From an uncultured virus (IMG/VR IMGVR_UViG_3300042691_042722) (taxonomy: Duplodnaviria > Heunggongvirae > Uroviricota > Caudoviricetes): DNA of 64,000 nucleotides. The translations under genes were made by a program, and so were the position numbers. The notes beneath the pieces were generated by a model. The model was given only the letters and a program-made list of their open reading frames with translations, had not been told where the DNA came from and searched no databases. Positions 1 to 10,095 of the stretch are shown one piece after another (position 1 is the first letter of the stretch; the number at the start of each line of letters is the position of its first letter). The stretch is from the IMG/VR virus record IMGVR_UViG_3300042691_042722; one strand, given 5' to 3'.

Positions 1-449
1 CAACCGCAAATGGTGTTTTCTTATCAAACGCATCTTCCCAAGTTTACCTAAATGGTAATATGACCAATGTGAACGGTAAAATGGCAATCTACGCACCCAT
101 CATATGGTTAGACCAAACAGGAACAACCCAAGCAAGATTTTTCACATCAGGAGGTGCTGATAGAACATTATATTCAGACAACACATTTCCAAACCAACCA
201 CCATTATCAGATGTTAGATACCTAACCCAATTCGGACCATCAAGCGGACTTACAGGAACATTAAGAATGGCATCACCATCTGACGTTAGAAGTGGAGTTG
301 CAACAGATAATACAGTTGGAACCGCATTATTTGATACGTCACAATTATTGGCAGAACTTAATTCAAGTTCAGATCCGATAGCCCAAAGATTAAGAGTGGT
401 CGCAACACCTGAAATATTGGGTCAATTACTAGCGGCATATAAACGATAA
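1..449 (+). CDS. C-terminal part of a probable virion structural (fibre-like) protein, 5'-truncated by the window
   Basis: Frame is open from the window start; Thr/Gly/Ser-rich, with two P-x-x-x-D-V-R repeats. Confidence 0.45.
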   Translation, partial: TANGVFLSNASSQVYLNGNMTNVNGKMAIYAPIIWLDQTGTTQARFFTSGGADRTLYSDNTFPNQPPLSDVRYLTQFGPSSGLTGTLRMASPSDVRSGVATDNTVGTALFDTSQLLAELNSSSDPIAQRLRVVATPEILGQLLAAYKR

Positions 450-452
450 CCT

Positions 453-785
453 ATGGCACAAACACAATGTTTTAAGTGGAATGATGCGGCATTTTCTTGG
501 TTAGATGCAAATATAACTTGGATTGAGGGTTGTATTATTGCAAAGCTCCAAGAAGAAACCAAATACATCAAAAGGCTTAACAGGTTTAAGAAATTACCGG
601 AAGATGAAAAGAGGGTCATTATAGGTCTGATAACAAGGATCAAAACAGAGCAGCAAGAAGAAGAAACAATCAGATCCAATAAAACAAAAAACAAAAAAGT
701 CAAGGTAACAATTAAGGATATCAAAGTATTTATAAAGGAAATAAGAGACATAAAAGTTAAAATTTCATTTGGAGATGAGTTATAA
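453..785 (+). CDS. hypothetical protein
   Basis: 110-aa ORF tightly coupled to its neighbours. Confidence 0.7.
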   Translation: MAQTQCFKWNDAAFSWLDANITWIEGCIIAKLQEETKYIKRLNRFKKLPEDEKRVIIGLITRIKTEQQEEETIRSNKTKNKKVKVTIKDIKVFIKEIRDIKVKISFGDEL

Positions 786-1233
786 ATTATATACAGACAA
801 AAACAACAAATTTCAGTGCACAGTTCAAGTTGAAGGAACTTCTCTGAAGAATTCTCAAGCGAGAGTTATCATTGAAACATCCGGAGATGTTTGTTATATG
901 TTCAGAGGTAAGATATATGAAAACGGAGTTTGTGAGTTTGATGTTCCAAAATTAAAAAATATTTTAAGTGAAGGTGACAAAGGTGTCTTGAGAATGGAAG
1001 TAATTGCTGACGATGTTCATTTTGAGCCGTGGAATTCAGAATTTTCAGTAGTTGCTGAAAAGAAAGTTAGTGTTGTTGTTAAAGAACAAGAAGAAATTGA
1101 AAAACCAAAAATATCTGTGGGGATGGTTACATTATCTCAAGAAGAAAAACCAAAAAAGGTTATGGAATCAAAAACTACCGGACAAAGAGTTATATCAAAA
1201 CAAGAGATAATTAAAAAAATGTGGGGTAGATAA
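775..1233 (+). CDS. hypothetical protein, beta-rich N-terminal domain
   Basis: ATG at 775 overlaps the upstream gene end; terminator follows. Confidence 0.7.
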   Translation: MSYKLYTDKNNKFQCTVQVEGTSLKNSQARVIIETSGDVCYMFRGKIYENGVCEFDVPKLKNILSEGDKGVLRMEVIADDVHFEPWNSEFSVVAEKKVSVVVKEQEEIEKPKISVGMVTLSQEEKPKKVMESKTTGQRVISKQEIIKKMWGR

Positions 1234-1252
1234 AATAATAAAATAATTCCAG

Positions 1253-1282
1253 AACCCTTCTTTGATAAAGAGGGGTTTTTTA
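1253..1282 (+). terminator. intrinsic terminator
   Basis: AACCCTTCTTT-gat-AAAGAGGGGTT hairpin followed by a T-run. Confidence 0.7.
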
Positions 1283-1304
1283 TTTTATAGAATATTTATT
1301 TGAT

Positions 1305-2318
1305 ATGAAAGATTTGATTAAAATACTATTATCTGAAGAATTGAATAAGAGAGAAATTTTGTTATTCAATAAATTAAATGCTAAAAAACCTGAATTAAAA
1401 AATAAAACAAATATAATTGAATATATTAAAGAGTTGGCTAAATTTTTAGGTTTAGATCCCAAAACTGCGGAGTATTATTACCAACTTTGGAAACAGAACT
1501 ATAGAAAAGAGGGTGATTATGGAAAAGTTCCCAAAGAAGAACTTATTGGTCCAAAAGAAATGACACCAAGAACAATGTCAAATACGAAAGTATCTGCATT
1601 TGCAAGAGCTAAAGCACCATTTAAAGGTTCTAATTTGGAAGGTAGATGGGAAAAAGATAACAAAGGAGTGGAGTATTATGTTATCATATCTTATAGATGG
1701 TATCCGATTTATTTATTTAAGGATGGTCATTGGTATAAAGTAACCGAATCCTATTCATCAAGTACCGGAAGACAAATCGGTAATGCCAACCCTGTTAATT
1801 ATGATGAAAACTTAAGAGAAGATATTATTTACGTCAGTCCAAAAGAAATGGAAAAACTTCAAGAAGGGGCAACTTACGAAGAAATAATGAGAGGAAAAGT
1901 TGAAGGGTTGGTTCAAAATAAAGAAAAATTTATAAGTAAGAGATCTAAGTTCGCTCAAGATTGGGGTTATGGGCAGGATTATACACCATCAAAAGTAAAA
2001 TTCAGAATTACAGATATAAGACAAGAAGGTGATCTTGCAATTGTAGATATTACAATTGAAGACGCAGGTACGAGAGAAATGGAACAAAGACAGTGGGGAC
2101 AAACGTATACAAATAGAATGATCCCATCTCAAGGAGGATATTTGAGAGGAGAAATTCCAAACATAACAAAAGAAAAGGTAGAGAAAGTAATCAAAAATAA
2201 AATAGTTTACAATTTCAAAGATTATGTAGGAAGATGGCCGGAATATAAAGATGATGAATACCATTTAGACCCAACCAAAATCCGGTTCAATTTCACCCAC
2301 AAATACGAACAAGAATAA
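1305..2318 (+). CDS. hypothetical protein with leader-like N-terminus (MKDLIKILLSEE)
   Basis: 337-aa ORF; TATTTAT at 1293-1299. Confidence 0.75.
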   Translation: MKDLIKILLSEELNKREILLFNKLNAKKPELKNKTNIIEYIKELAKFLGLDPKTAEYYYQLWKQNYRKEGDYGKVPKEELIGPKEMTPRTMSNTKVSAFARAKAPFKGSNLEGRWEKDNKGVEYYVIISYRWYPIYLFKDGHWYKVTESYSSSTGRQIGNANPVNYDENLREDIIYVSPKEMEKLQEGATYEEIMRGKVEGLVQNKEKFISKRSKFAQDWGYGQDYTPSKVKFRITDIRQEGDLAIVDITIEDAGTREMEQRQWGQTYTNRMIPSQGGYLRGEIPNITKEKVEKVIKNKIVYNFKDYVGRWPEYKDDEYHLDPTKIRFNFTHKYEQE

Positions 2319-2375
2319 TTTTTTTTGTAGTTTCAAATAAAGGTTGTATTTTTGTATTCACAAAACACAATCACT

Positions 2376-3119
2376 ATGTCTACAATTACCACTTCCCGAG
2401 TTCAGAATTACCAAGGTGCTAACACTTTCATTATGAAGATGAAAGAATCTCTCAAAAAGTATAACTCATTGACTCCCAAGCAGTTAGAAGCTGTGGAGAA
2501 AATATTCAATTCAGAGGTCAAAGTTGATGTTGAAAACCTCCCTGAAGATTTCAAAAAAATCGCCAAATATGAGGGTGAAAACACCTTTGTTAAGGATTTG
2601 GCTAAGAAATTGTTAACATACGGAACCCTGACTCACAAGCAAGTGTCGGCAGCTTTAACCTCCATTCAGAAGGAGGAAGATAAAAAAAGAACCCTGAAGT
2701 TGAAGATCCCGGTTGTGGGAGATACGATCAAGGTTGGTCGTACAGTGGGTCAGGGACTCAAAGAACAGTATGGTCTTCAATTTAACCCCATTCTTTTAGA
2801 TGTTACCAAGATCCTGTCTGTATCACCTAAAGCGGTTAAATTCTCCGGTAAAATGACTATAAAACGTGGTGATGTGTGTGTATGTTGTGGTAAGACACTC
2901 ACTGATGAGTTCTCAATGTTAACCAAGATGGGTAAGCAATGTGCCGGACATATGAAAATACCTTATATCACAGATGCTAGTCAAGCTGAACAGTTCCGGG
3001 AGGCATATTTGAAACGTGTTGAAGAAATTGGTGAGATGGAGTTTTGGGTTCCAAAAGCTCAGATCAAAAAGTGGGAAGGAAAAGGGGAGACATTCCTTAA
3101 AATGATCCCCGTCATTTGA
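2376..3119 (+). CDS. conserved phage protein with DUF6011-like Zn motif
   Basis: CxxCGKTLTDxxSxxxxMGxxCA motif; TATTTTTG promoter at 2347-2354. Confidence 0.6.
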   Translation: MSTITTSRVQNYQGANTFIMKMKESLKKYNSLTPKQLEAVEKIFNSEVKVDVENLPEDFKKIAKYEGENTFVKDLAKKLLTYGTLTHKQVSAALTSIQKEEDKKRTLKLKIPVVGDTIKVGRTVGQGLKEQYGLQFNPILLDVTKILSVSPKAVKFSGKMTIKRGDVCVCCGKTLTDEFSMLTKMGKQCAGHMKIPYITDASQAEQFREAYLKRVEEIGEMEFWVPKAQIKKWEGKGETFLKMIPVI

Positions 3120-3161
3120 CATTCAAAACATAACTTATTATAATTAATCAAAATCAATCGT

Positions 3162-3590
3162 ATGACAGTTAAAAGAGCCCTAAAAGAGAAAAACAAGTTG
3201 GTTAAAGAATTAAATGACTTGTATGCCAAAATTAAAACATATAACTCCGTTGCGGAAGATGGGGAGAAACCTTACTCAACAAAGGAATTGATGTTGAATG
3301 TTGATAGCAAACTAAATGAGTTGGTTGAACTCAAAACCAAGATCCATCTAGCTAACGGACCGGTTTATGGTAAAATATTCAGAATGGCCGAGTTGAAATC
3401 TCACGTATCAAAACTGAGTAATTTGGATTGTTCATCCGGTAAGCAAAAGAGTTGGTCCGAGACCGAATACTCTAACAAGGTTAGTGAGATTAAAATCGTG
3501 GACAGAGATCGTCTAATTCAGATTGCTGAAAGTGAAATTGAGAAATTACAGGACGAACTAGATGAGTTCAATGCAACCACTAATATATAG
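3162..3590 (+). CDS. coiled-coil protein, DIP1984/septicolysin-annotated-like family
   Basis: MTVKRAL..K..L start, LKTKIHLAN core, LQDELDEFNATTNI end typical of the family; heptad pattern. Confidence 0.6.
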   Translation: MTVKRALKEKNKLVKELNDLYAKIKTYNSVAEDGEKPYSTKELMLNVDSKLNELVELKTKIHLANGPVYGKIFRMAELKSHVSKLSNLDCSSGKQKSWSETEYSNKVSEIKIVDRDRLIQIAESEIEKLQDELDEFNATTNI

Positions 3591-3748
3591 TATCGTTGTT
3601 TTTTGTTAAGTCAGTGGATTATTACATTCTTGAAGCTTAAGATGCACGAAATTGATATGTATTCAAAGGTCAAGATTCAACTTAGTTCAACAATTTTGTG
3701 TCAAACCTTAAAACTCTGTCTGATCCGATTTAACTTATAAACACGATA
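3591..3748 (+). ncRNA. putative structured RNA immediately 3' of the coiled-coil gene
   Basis: Nested stems TATCGTTGTTT/AAACACGATA, GTTAAGTC/GATTTAAC, GGATTA/TGATCC, GCACGAAATTG/CAATTTTGTGT with G-U pairs; loop holds TCAA repeats. Confidence 0.6.
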
Positions 3749-3752
3749 TAAA

Positions 3753-3776
3753 AAACCCACCTTTTTAGGTGGGTTA
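3753..3776. terminator. intrinsic terminator, probably bidirectional
   Basis: AACCCACCT-tttt-AGGTGGGTT between convergent genes. Confidence 0.75.
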
Positions 3777-3780
3777 ATTT

Positions 3781-4455
3781 TTATCCAAAACTAATTACAT
3801 CATTTATTTCAACATCAAGATCATCCTCGTAGTTTTCACCGTGGCTTAAAGTTATTGTTCCATTTTTGAAATCAAATACGAACTTACCTTGACTCCCTTC
3901 GTTAATCTCCCATCCTCCATAGTTTCCTAATTGGTTATACATCCAAGTTTCTAAATCTGCTGGTATTGTAATGTCTTCATCACCATCAAGAACCATTTTA
4001 TCTTCAATATACCCTGAATCTCCGGATCCTTCATAACTCACAACACCTTCATCATAACCGGTTATTTGAGGGGCAAAATCCTTCCAAGAATCTAATTCTT
4101 CTAAATCACCTAATTCCCACTCTTCACCAACCCAATTCGTATTCATTTCACGAACGTGTGATTTGAAGTAAATTATTTTCTTTACACAGTCAACACAAAA
4201 GTCAACTCCACCTGATTGATCATAATAACTAAAATTATCTTCAATAATTGGTAAAGTTATTTCTTCTGCAAATTCATTTATTGCGTCAAATCCTTCAATT
4301 TTAACTCTAACATCAGGAGATGTCCATCCTTCCCAAGACATTTCAGGGTGATCGTGATAAAATTCAAAACCTAAAGATCCTTGTTTAGTTCCATATGAAC
4401 CTAAATAAAGACAAAAAGTCTTCATTAATTTTTTTTGTTTATCGTCTAATTTCAT
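3781..4455 (-). CDS. DUF6878-like protein
   Basis: YEGSGDSGYIE and GWEINEGSQG.F.FD motifs; adjacent to a DUF6915-like gene. Confidence 0.6.
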   Translation of the reverse strand: MKLDDKQKKLMKTFCLYLGSYGTKQGSLGFEFYHDHPEMSWEGWTSPDVRVKIEGFDAINEFAEEITLPIIEDNFSYYDQSGGVDFCVDCVKKIIYFKSHVREMNTNWVGEEWELGDLEELDSWKDFAPQITGYDEGVVSYEGSGDSGYIEDKMVLDGDEDITIPADLETWMYNQLGNYGGWEINEGSQGKFVFDFKNGTITLSHGENYEDDLDVEINDVISFG

Positions 4456-4477
4456 AGTTTTTTATTATAAATATTCA

Positions 4478-4831
4478 TTAATCTGTGAATTCTAACTTTA
4501 TTGTTTTCATCATCCACAAAGGTCTTTTATTTTCATTTATATTGATTATCCATTCTTTAGCGGATGGTATGTAGTTATTACAATCTTCTTTGACGTGTTG
4601 TTCTCCGACGTATCTGACAAATACTTCCTTTCCATCACTATTTACAAAAGTTTTACCAAATCTTTGTTCCATTTCAAATATACCTTCTGAATGATGTCTG
4701 AACATTCTGTGCATTGAATCACCAAACCAACTTTTTGTTTCATCTAACCATTCGTGCAAGTGAATATAATCCTCCCATTTTCCACCAAATTTCTTTGCAC
4801 TTGACTTAGCATGTAACACTGGATGAGCCAT
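4478..4831 (-). CDS. DUF6915-like protein
   Basis: MAHP..HAKSSAKKFGG..EDY..LHEW.D, HRMFRHHSEG, EQHVKEDC motifs. Confidence 0.7.
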   Translation of the reverse strand: MAHPVLHAKSSAKKFGGKWEDYIHLHEWLDETKSWFGDSMHRMFRHHSEGIFEMEQRFGKTFVNSDGKEVFVRYVGEQHVKEDCNNYIPSAKEWIININENKRPLWMMKTIKLEFTD

Positions 4832-4872
4832 AAGATTTGTCTTTATGGAAAAATAAAACTATATTTGTAAAT

Positions 4873-5124
4873 ATGAATAGATATTTATCACTTGATATGG
4901 GTTCAAAATCTAATAAAATAGACGATATTGTAAATTGGATTGAGAATATAATCCAAACTAGTTCTTCATATGATCACAGAGAGGCTTGTGAAAGACTAGT
5001 TACAAATTTCACAGAAAACCTATTATTGTTTAATCAAGATTATGTAAATTACAAAAATATTGAAGTAACCTTGAGAAGATTAATTACAAAAAAATTTGAA
5101 AACAACAATTTATGCAAACATTAG
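4873..5124 (+). CDS. hypothetical protein
   Basis: ATG 5 nt after TATATTTG (4860-4867). Confidence 0.55.
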   Translation: MNRYLSLDMGSKSNKIDDIVNWIENIIQTSSSYDHREACERLVTNFTENLLLFNQDYVNYKNIEVTLRRLITKKFENNNLCKH

Positions 5125-5324
5125 TATTTAACACAACTACCAAAGTCGCTAAACTTTATGAAGGTGAAGCAGAAAACTCAACAATCTTATTCCATTTCAC
5201 AAATGTTCCTACAGTTAAAGTGAATGAAAACTTTTATGAAGTAATGGTGAAGGATGAATTTGATAAAACTTTTCCAACACTCAGAGTGCCAATATCAAGT
5301 ACAAACATGATAATTTTAAGATGA
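5112..5324 (+). CDS. hypothetical protein
   Basis: 70-aa ORF coupled to neighbours. Confidence 0.6.
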   Translation: MQTLVFNTTTKVAKLYEGEAENSTILFHFTNVPTVKVNENFYEVMVKDEFDKTFPTLRVPISSTNMIILR

Positions 5325-5440
5325 GAAAAATTATCATTATAACAATTTTCTCATTATTTATAATGTCTTGCCAAAGAGGACTTACACCTTATCAGGCGGC
5401 TCAAAAACCTCAAAAGTGTGGTAAAGGGTATTTGAAATAA
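5321..5440 (+). CDS. small lipoprotein (39 aa, below the ORF track cut-off)
   Basis: MRKIIIITIFSLLFIMS-C lipobox-like signal; ATGA overlap with the upstream stop. Confidence 0.55.
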   Translation: MRKIIIITIFSLFIMSCQRGLTPYQAAQKPQKCGKGYLK

Positions 5441-5443
5441 AAA

Positions 5444-6358
5444 TTAAACTGTTAAACCCATTTTTTTGAGTTTTGCGTTCATATTACTAGCATAATTAGC
5501 AGCTGTATCGGTATAATAGTTTCTTTTTTTCAATAAAGTCGCATATACATTAACTGACTCAGCTTGTTTTAACATATCAGGTGTTACACCATTTTTGGTG
5601 AATTCAAAGTATCTTCCTAATTTATCTTTAATGCTATCTTCTATTGATTCATAATGAGCGTAAAAATCGTCATCAACACATTTTCCATTTCCCGGATCAA
5701 AACAAGCGTCAGGATAATTCTTAAAGGGATACTTTCTTTTACAACCATTTTTAGATAATTCATTAGGTGGTTTAATTCTTCCTCTACTTTTTATTAGTGG
5801 ATTATTTTTTATGAAAACCATTCCACCTAAATTATTATTACATTTGAAAACATTTGAAGTATAATCGCCGGTTTCGTGCCTGAACTGAGCAATAAGCATT
5901 AACGCGGCTTTTTCAGACCAACCTTTGTTAATTGCGGCTTCATAAACTTGAGCGTCTATACCGGTTAAAGATGTATTATTTTTTTTATTAGCGACTTGAA
6001 CAGTAGAAAAATTCTTGAATAATCCAACGACATCTATGAAATGTTTGTCAATCATCATCAACCAAAGAAAATCATCCTCATCTTCTGGATCAAACTCGTC
6101 CAAAATTAGTTCATCTAAGGTATTAAATTTCATCTGAAATATATTACCTTTACCTTTACAAGAAATGTAAGAATTTAATTCATTGTATTCTTGGGCGGTT
6201 TTTATTTTTTTTACTGCCGTAACGAACTCGGGTTCCTTTGTAGCTGCACCACTGGCGGCATCATCCAACTCTTCATAAATCTTTTTTATATTTTCTGATG
6301 CAATGCAATCATCTTTCGTCAGTGTCTTATATTGTTCTTCTGTTATCAATATTTTCAT
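5444..6358 (-). CDS. leader + annexin-like helical domain + GH73/glucosaminidase-like cell-wall hydrolase
   Basis: AQ..HETG....S......NNLGGM and Y.SIEDS motifs; MKILITEEQY leader. Confidence 0.6.
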   Translation of the reverse strand: MKILITEEQYKTLTKDDCIASENIKKIYEELDDAASGAATKEPEFVTAVKKIKTAQEYNELNSYISCKGKGNIFQMKFNTLDELILDEFDPEDEDDFLWLMMIDKHFIDVVGLFKNFSTVQVANKKNNTSLTGIDAQVYEAAINKGWSEKAALMLIAQFRHETGDYTSNVFKCNNNLGGMVFIKNNPLIKSRGRIKPPNELSKNGCKRKYPFKNYPDACFDPGNGKCVDDDFYAHYESIEDSIKDKLGRYFEFTKNGVTPDMLKQAESVNVYATLLKKRNYYTDTAANYASNMNAKLKKMGLTV

Positions 6359-6402
6359 ACCAATTAATTATTTTAAATAAATATCTTAATATTTATTTGA
6401 AT

Positions 6403-8337
6403 ATGAATTATAAAGTTTTTGAAAAGGCTATAAAAAGATTGGTAAACAAAGAGTTTACAGTTGATAGTGAAAACTTTGATAGGTTTGAGATAGACATTCT
6501 TAATCATGATTATTCAATTGGTTTAGAAGTAAAAACAATATTCAAAAAACCATTTTCAGGTCGTGATGCTGACAAAGCCGATGATTTGCGATATGAAATA
6601 AAAAATTTCATTTTGAAATTTTTTCCCCATTTAGAAGGTGCGTATTTTGGGTTTTCTAAAAGTACAGATGAAGTGTATCATAAACAATACAAACCTTATT
6701 ATGATTCACTCAAAGGAAATAATCAAATTACAGAAGAATTAAGAAACTTCAACAATTCTTTTCTATTAACCGAAGCGTCAAAGATAAAAGTGTTGACCGG
6801 TAAATTAGGTCTTTCACAGGAAGTTGCTGAAGATTTAGATAGATTATGTGGTCCGCTGAGTGTATGGATGGCTAACAAGTTAATTGATCATGTTATCGCA
6901 AATAGTAAAACAGGTTATAGTCCCGATTACGATAGAAAAAAAAGTGCGGTTAATTATATCAACCAATCAGGTTTAGGTAGGATTAACATAGGTAATATCC
7001 AAGGTATTATGGATTATATTAGGGTTGGACTTGATGGAAATACCTCAACAATTAAAAATCTAAATTACGAAGAATTAAAACTCAAATCAAAAGAATGGCA
7101 CGATACTCTTAAAGTTAGTGGCGGTGAGATTAATTATACAGAACCACACGATCACAATATATTAATTGACCAAAGAGATGAAAATGGTTTTGGTTTTTAT
7201 TGGGTTGATTTGAATACATCCTCTTCAGATGAGGAATGTAGAAGGATGGGTCACTGCGGAAGAACTAACTATGCTAATACAATTTTGTCTTTGAGAGAAA
7301 TAAAACCATATCCCGGAAATCCTAAATATACAATTAATACCAGTCATTTAACCGCCGCGGTGGGAAATAATGATGGAATCCTTTATCAACTTAAAGGACC
7401 GAAAAACTCAAAACCCAATGAAGAATATAATGATCTTATTCTACCATTATTCTACGTTTTGGGTGGAGGGGGAGAACAAGAAGATTACTTTATTCAAGGT
7501 TTTGGTAGTGAGTATGCATCAGAGAGAGATTTCAAACTAACTGATCTACCGGATAATGTAATCACAACTTTGTATAAAGATAGACCTGAACTCTTCCAAT
7601 CATATTCTTTAAGAAAAAAATTAAGAGAACTTGGATTAGTTGAGGTTCCTGAAATAGATTACGTAATTGAATATGAAGTAAGTGCAAATGGTGTTGATAC
7701 ACTACTTGATGGTGGTTGGACTGTAAGAAACAGAAAAAGAAAAACACCCGGTGGTGGTGAATATACCGAACGTATTGATATATTTGAAACCATACTATCA
7801 GGTGATATGTGGGATTTGTGGGATAATTGGGATGCCGATTGGAAGGGTGCTTTACAGTATTATGTAGATAAGAAAAACGAACAAAAGATTTTGGATTTAT
7901 TAAAAGGAATGGCAGGAGAAGAGTTTGATGAGGGATTAGATATAGAAGACGCGATTGAGCAATATGATAATGATGACGAAATTAGAAGAGCTATTAGTTC
8001 ATCAGTAAGTGATGCGGAATCATCCTCATATGCAGATTACTTGTATAGAAATCTGAAAGATACTCTTGAAGAGTGGGGGGAAGTTCTTCAAATGGATGAC
8101 AGAGGTGTTAAAGTAAGAATTGATACTTCAAAATATATTGAAGAGTATATTGATTATCACGGAGACGAAGAATTTGAGGACGCTTTTGAAAGATGTAATG
8201 AGGATATAAATTGCGTATTCAATGAAATTTTAGATACTTTAGACAAACCTAAATTTTCCATTGATGATAGATGGTATCCAGATATTAATGGTAATGAATT
8301 TAATGAAATGTTGTCTGATAGATTATCGGAGATTTGA
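6403..8337 (+). CDS. large multi-domain protein with PcfJ-like motif
   Basis: EECRRMGHCG..ILSLR..QLKGPKN motif; TATTTAT at 6390-6396 favours start 6403. Confidence 0.55.
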   Translation: MNYKVFEKAIKRLVNKEFTVDSENFDRFEIDILNHDYSIGLEVKTIFKKPFSGRDADKADDLRYEIKNFILKFFPHLEGAYFGFSKSTDEVYHKQYKPYYDSLKGNNQITEELRNFNNSFLLTEASKIKVLTGKLGLSQEVAEDLDRLCGPLSVWMANKLIDHVIANSKTGYSPDYDRKKSAVNYINQSGLGRINIGNIQGIMDYIRVGLDGNTSTIKNLNYEELKLKSKEWHDTLKVSGGEINYTEPHDHNILIDQRDENGFGFYWVDLNTSSSDEECRRMGHCGRTNYANTILSLREIKPYPGNPKYTINTSHLTAAVGNNDGILYQLKGPKNSKPNEEYNDLILPLFYVLGGGGEQEDYFIQGFGSEYASERDFKLTDLPDNVITTLYKDRPELFQSYSLRKKLRELGLVEVPEIDYVIEYEVSANGVDTLLDGGWTVRNRKRKTPGGGEYTERIDIFETILSGDMWDLWDNWDADWKGALQYYVDKKNEQKILDLLKGMAGEEFDEGLDIEDAIEQYDNDDEIRRAISSSVSDAESSSYADYLYRNLKDTLEEWGEVLQMDDRGVKVRIDTSKYIEEYIDYHGDEEFEDAFERCNEDINCVFNEILDTLDKPKFSIDDRWYPDINGNEFNEMLSDRLSEI

Positions 8338-8859
8338 TGGGTAGTCATCTCTTACATCAACAACATCAAAAACAAAATCTAAACCTTCAGGTAAAAAATC
8401 TGCAATTGTTTCACGCATAACGTCTCTGATCTCCTCATCAACTTCCCAACCAATTTCCTCATCAGATATGGCTTGAGATATGTGATCATAAACCTCATCA
8501 TCATCTGTTGTAATATCAACTTGACCCATTCCGTCTACAACTGCGTCAAAATATACTTCGGGATAATCTTCTTTAACCGTATCATATAATCTAGAATTTT
8601 TTAAATAGAAATTAAAATTATACGATCCTCCTAAACCAACGAAGTTTTTCTTTTCAAGAGATTTAAGTAATTGTTTAACTTTTTCACTACCACCATACCA
8701 CTCAATTAACCAATGTGCTAAAACTAATTTAGCTGCGGGTCTTATACTGAATAAACTCATTATTGTTTTGAATTGACCACCGCCGTGTTTATCCCAATAT
8801 TTAAACACATATTTTTTAAATGGTAAAATTTCTTTTTCTAAACCTTTATATTGTTGCAT
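8323..8859 (-). CDS. hypothetical acidic protein
   Basis: 178-aa ORF with coding-like composition. Confidence 0.65.
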   Translation of the reverse strand: MQQYKGLEKEILPFKKYVFKYWDKHGGGQFKTIMSLFSIRPAAKLVLAHWLIEWYGGSEKVKQLLKSLEKKNFVGLGGSYNFNFYLKNSRLYDTVKEDYPEVYFDAVVDGMGQVDITTDDDEVYDHISQAISDEEIGWEVDEEIRDVMRETIADFLPEGLDFVFDVVDVRDDYPSNLR

Positions 8860-8889
8860 GATATCAATAAATATTATATTTATATAATA

Positions 8890-9324
8890 GTGAAAAATAT
8901 TATAAGAAAAATATTAAAAGAAGAAACATCAAGATACCTACCACAAGATAATTCATTGATTAAGATAATTAAGAAAGTGATTGGAAATCAATATGTGGAT
9001 ACTTATCATGATTCTTTTGATGAAGAAACATACGAATACGAAATTACTTTTGATATACCTAAAATTTCAATGTGGAAAGTAACTGATGAGGATAGAGAAC
9101 ATTATTCATTCAAAACTTATAAACCGGATAACGATAGTATTTGGGAAGGTACAATTCACGTTAAAGTAATGAAATTAAAAATTTTTGATTCATATGGTAA
9201 TGTTGAGTTTTTGGACTTTGATAATATTCCTGATTATTCACGTCAAGATTTTGAGGATTATATTTCAGACACTGTCGCTCAATGGATACCCGGAGCTAAC
9301 TTGGATGTTAGTGTTGATTTCTAA
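8890..9324 (+). CDS. hypothetical protein with leader (VKNIIRKILKEE)
   Basis: GTG start 5 nt after TATTTAT. Confidence 0.65.
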   Translation: MKNIIRKILKEETSRYLPQDNSLIKIIKKVIGNQYVDTYHDSFDEETYEYEITFDIPKISMWKVTDEDREHYSFKTYKPDNDSIWEGTIHVKVMKLKIFDSYGNVEFLDFDNIPDYSRQDFEDYISDTVAQWIPGANLDVSVDF

Positions 9325-9336
9325 TATTTATAATGT

Positions 9337-10095
9337 ATGAGAATAAAGAAAGAAATTGATGAGATAAGTTTTTATACTGGTGTTTTGAGCAGAGAAATTG
9401 GATTTTCTTTGTTTGAAATAATAGAAAAGGAAGTGAAAACAAAAAAAATAATCGATTATACTTTAAAATTCGCTAAAGAAAATTTTGTAGTAGATTTGAC
9501 CGAGTTTTTCAACAAAAACGAATTGTTAGAAGTAATTCAGTTAGGTGTTAATGAATCATTTACCACCCGAAATAAAAAGTTGAAATTTTTAGAAAAAAGA
9601 GTTTTTTGGACTTCACTAATGTATAAGATTGTTAAAGACAACTTCAAATTTAAGAAATTTGGAGAATTGGAATATTGGAATCATTCACATTGTTATTTTT
9701 TCTTTGATAGAGATCTCCAAGATTATATAGGTTTCATTTCTTATAACAAACTTGATGATATTTTGTCAGGTGATAATTATCCTATAAAAAAATCTGCGAT
9801 TTGTGTAAGTACATCGGCTATTGATAAGGCATTTAAGGGAATGGGGTATGGAAAAAAAATGTATTTGGCGGTCATTGAAGATGCGGGTTGTTTACTATCT
9901 GATACTGGTTTATATGCTGAATCCTTGAATATTTGGGTCAATGTTTTACCAAAAGTGGTGAAATATACGGGTTATATAAGTGAATTTGGCGAATTGAAAA
10001 AAATATCAGGTAGAATGGATACCAAGCAAGAAAACATTAGAAGATTTTTTGCTACAAATGATCGTTCATTTCTTAAAAAGGAAATTGAGAAATAA
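9337..10095 (+). CDS. protein with C-terminal GNAT-like motif
   Basis: FKGMGYGKKMY acetyl-CoA-binding-like motif A. Confidence 0.5.
   Translation: MRIKKEIDEISFYTGVLSREIGFSLFEIIEKEVKTKKIIDYTLKFAKENFVVDLTEFFNKNELLEVIQLGVNESFTTRNKKLKFLEKRVFWTSLMYKIVKDNFKFKKFGELEYWNHSHCYFFFDRDLQDYIGFISYNKLDDILSGDNYPIKKSAICVSTSAIDKAFKGMGYGKKMYLAVIEDAGCLLSDTGLYAESLNIWVNVLPKVVKYTGYISEFGELKKISGRMDTKQENIRRFFATNDRSFLKKEIEK

Noticed and set aside
3591..3748. Retron msr-msd or DGR template repeat
   Set aside because: No reverse transcriptase in the window and no matching variable repeat.
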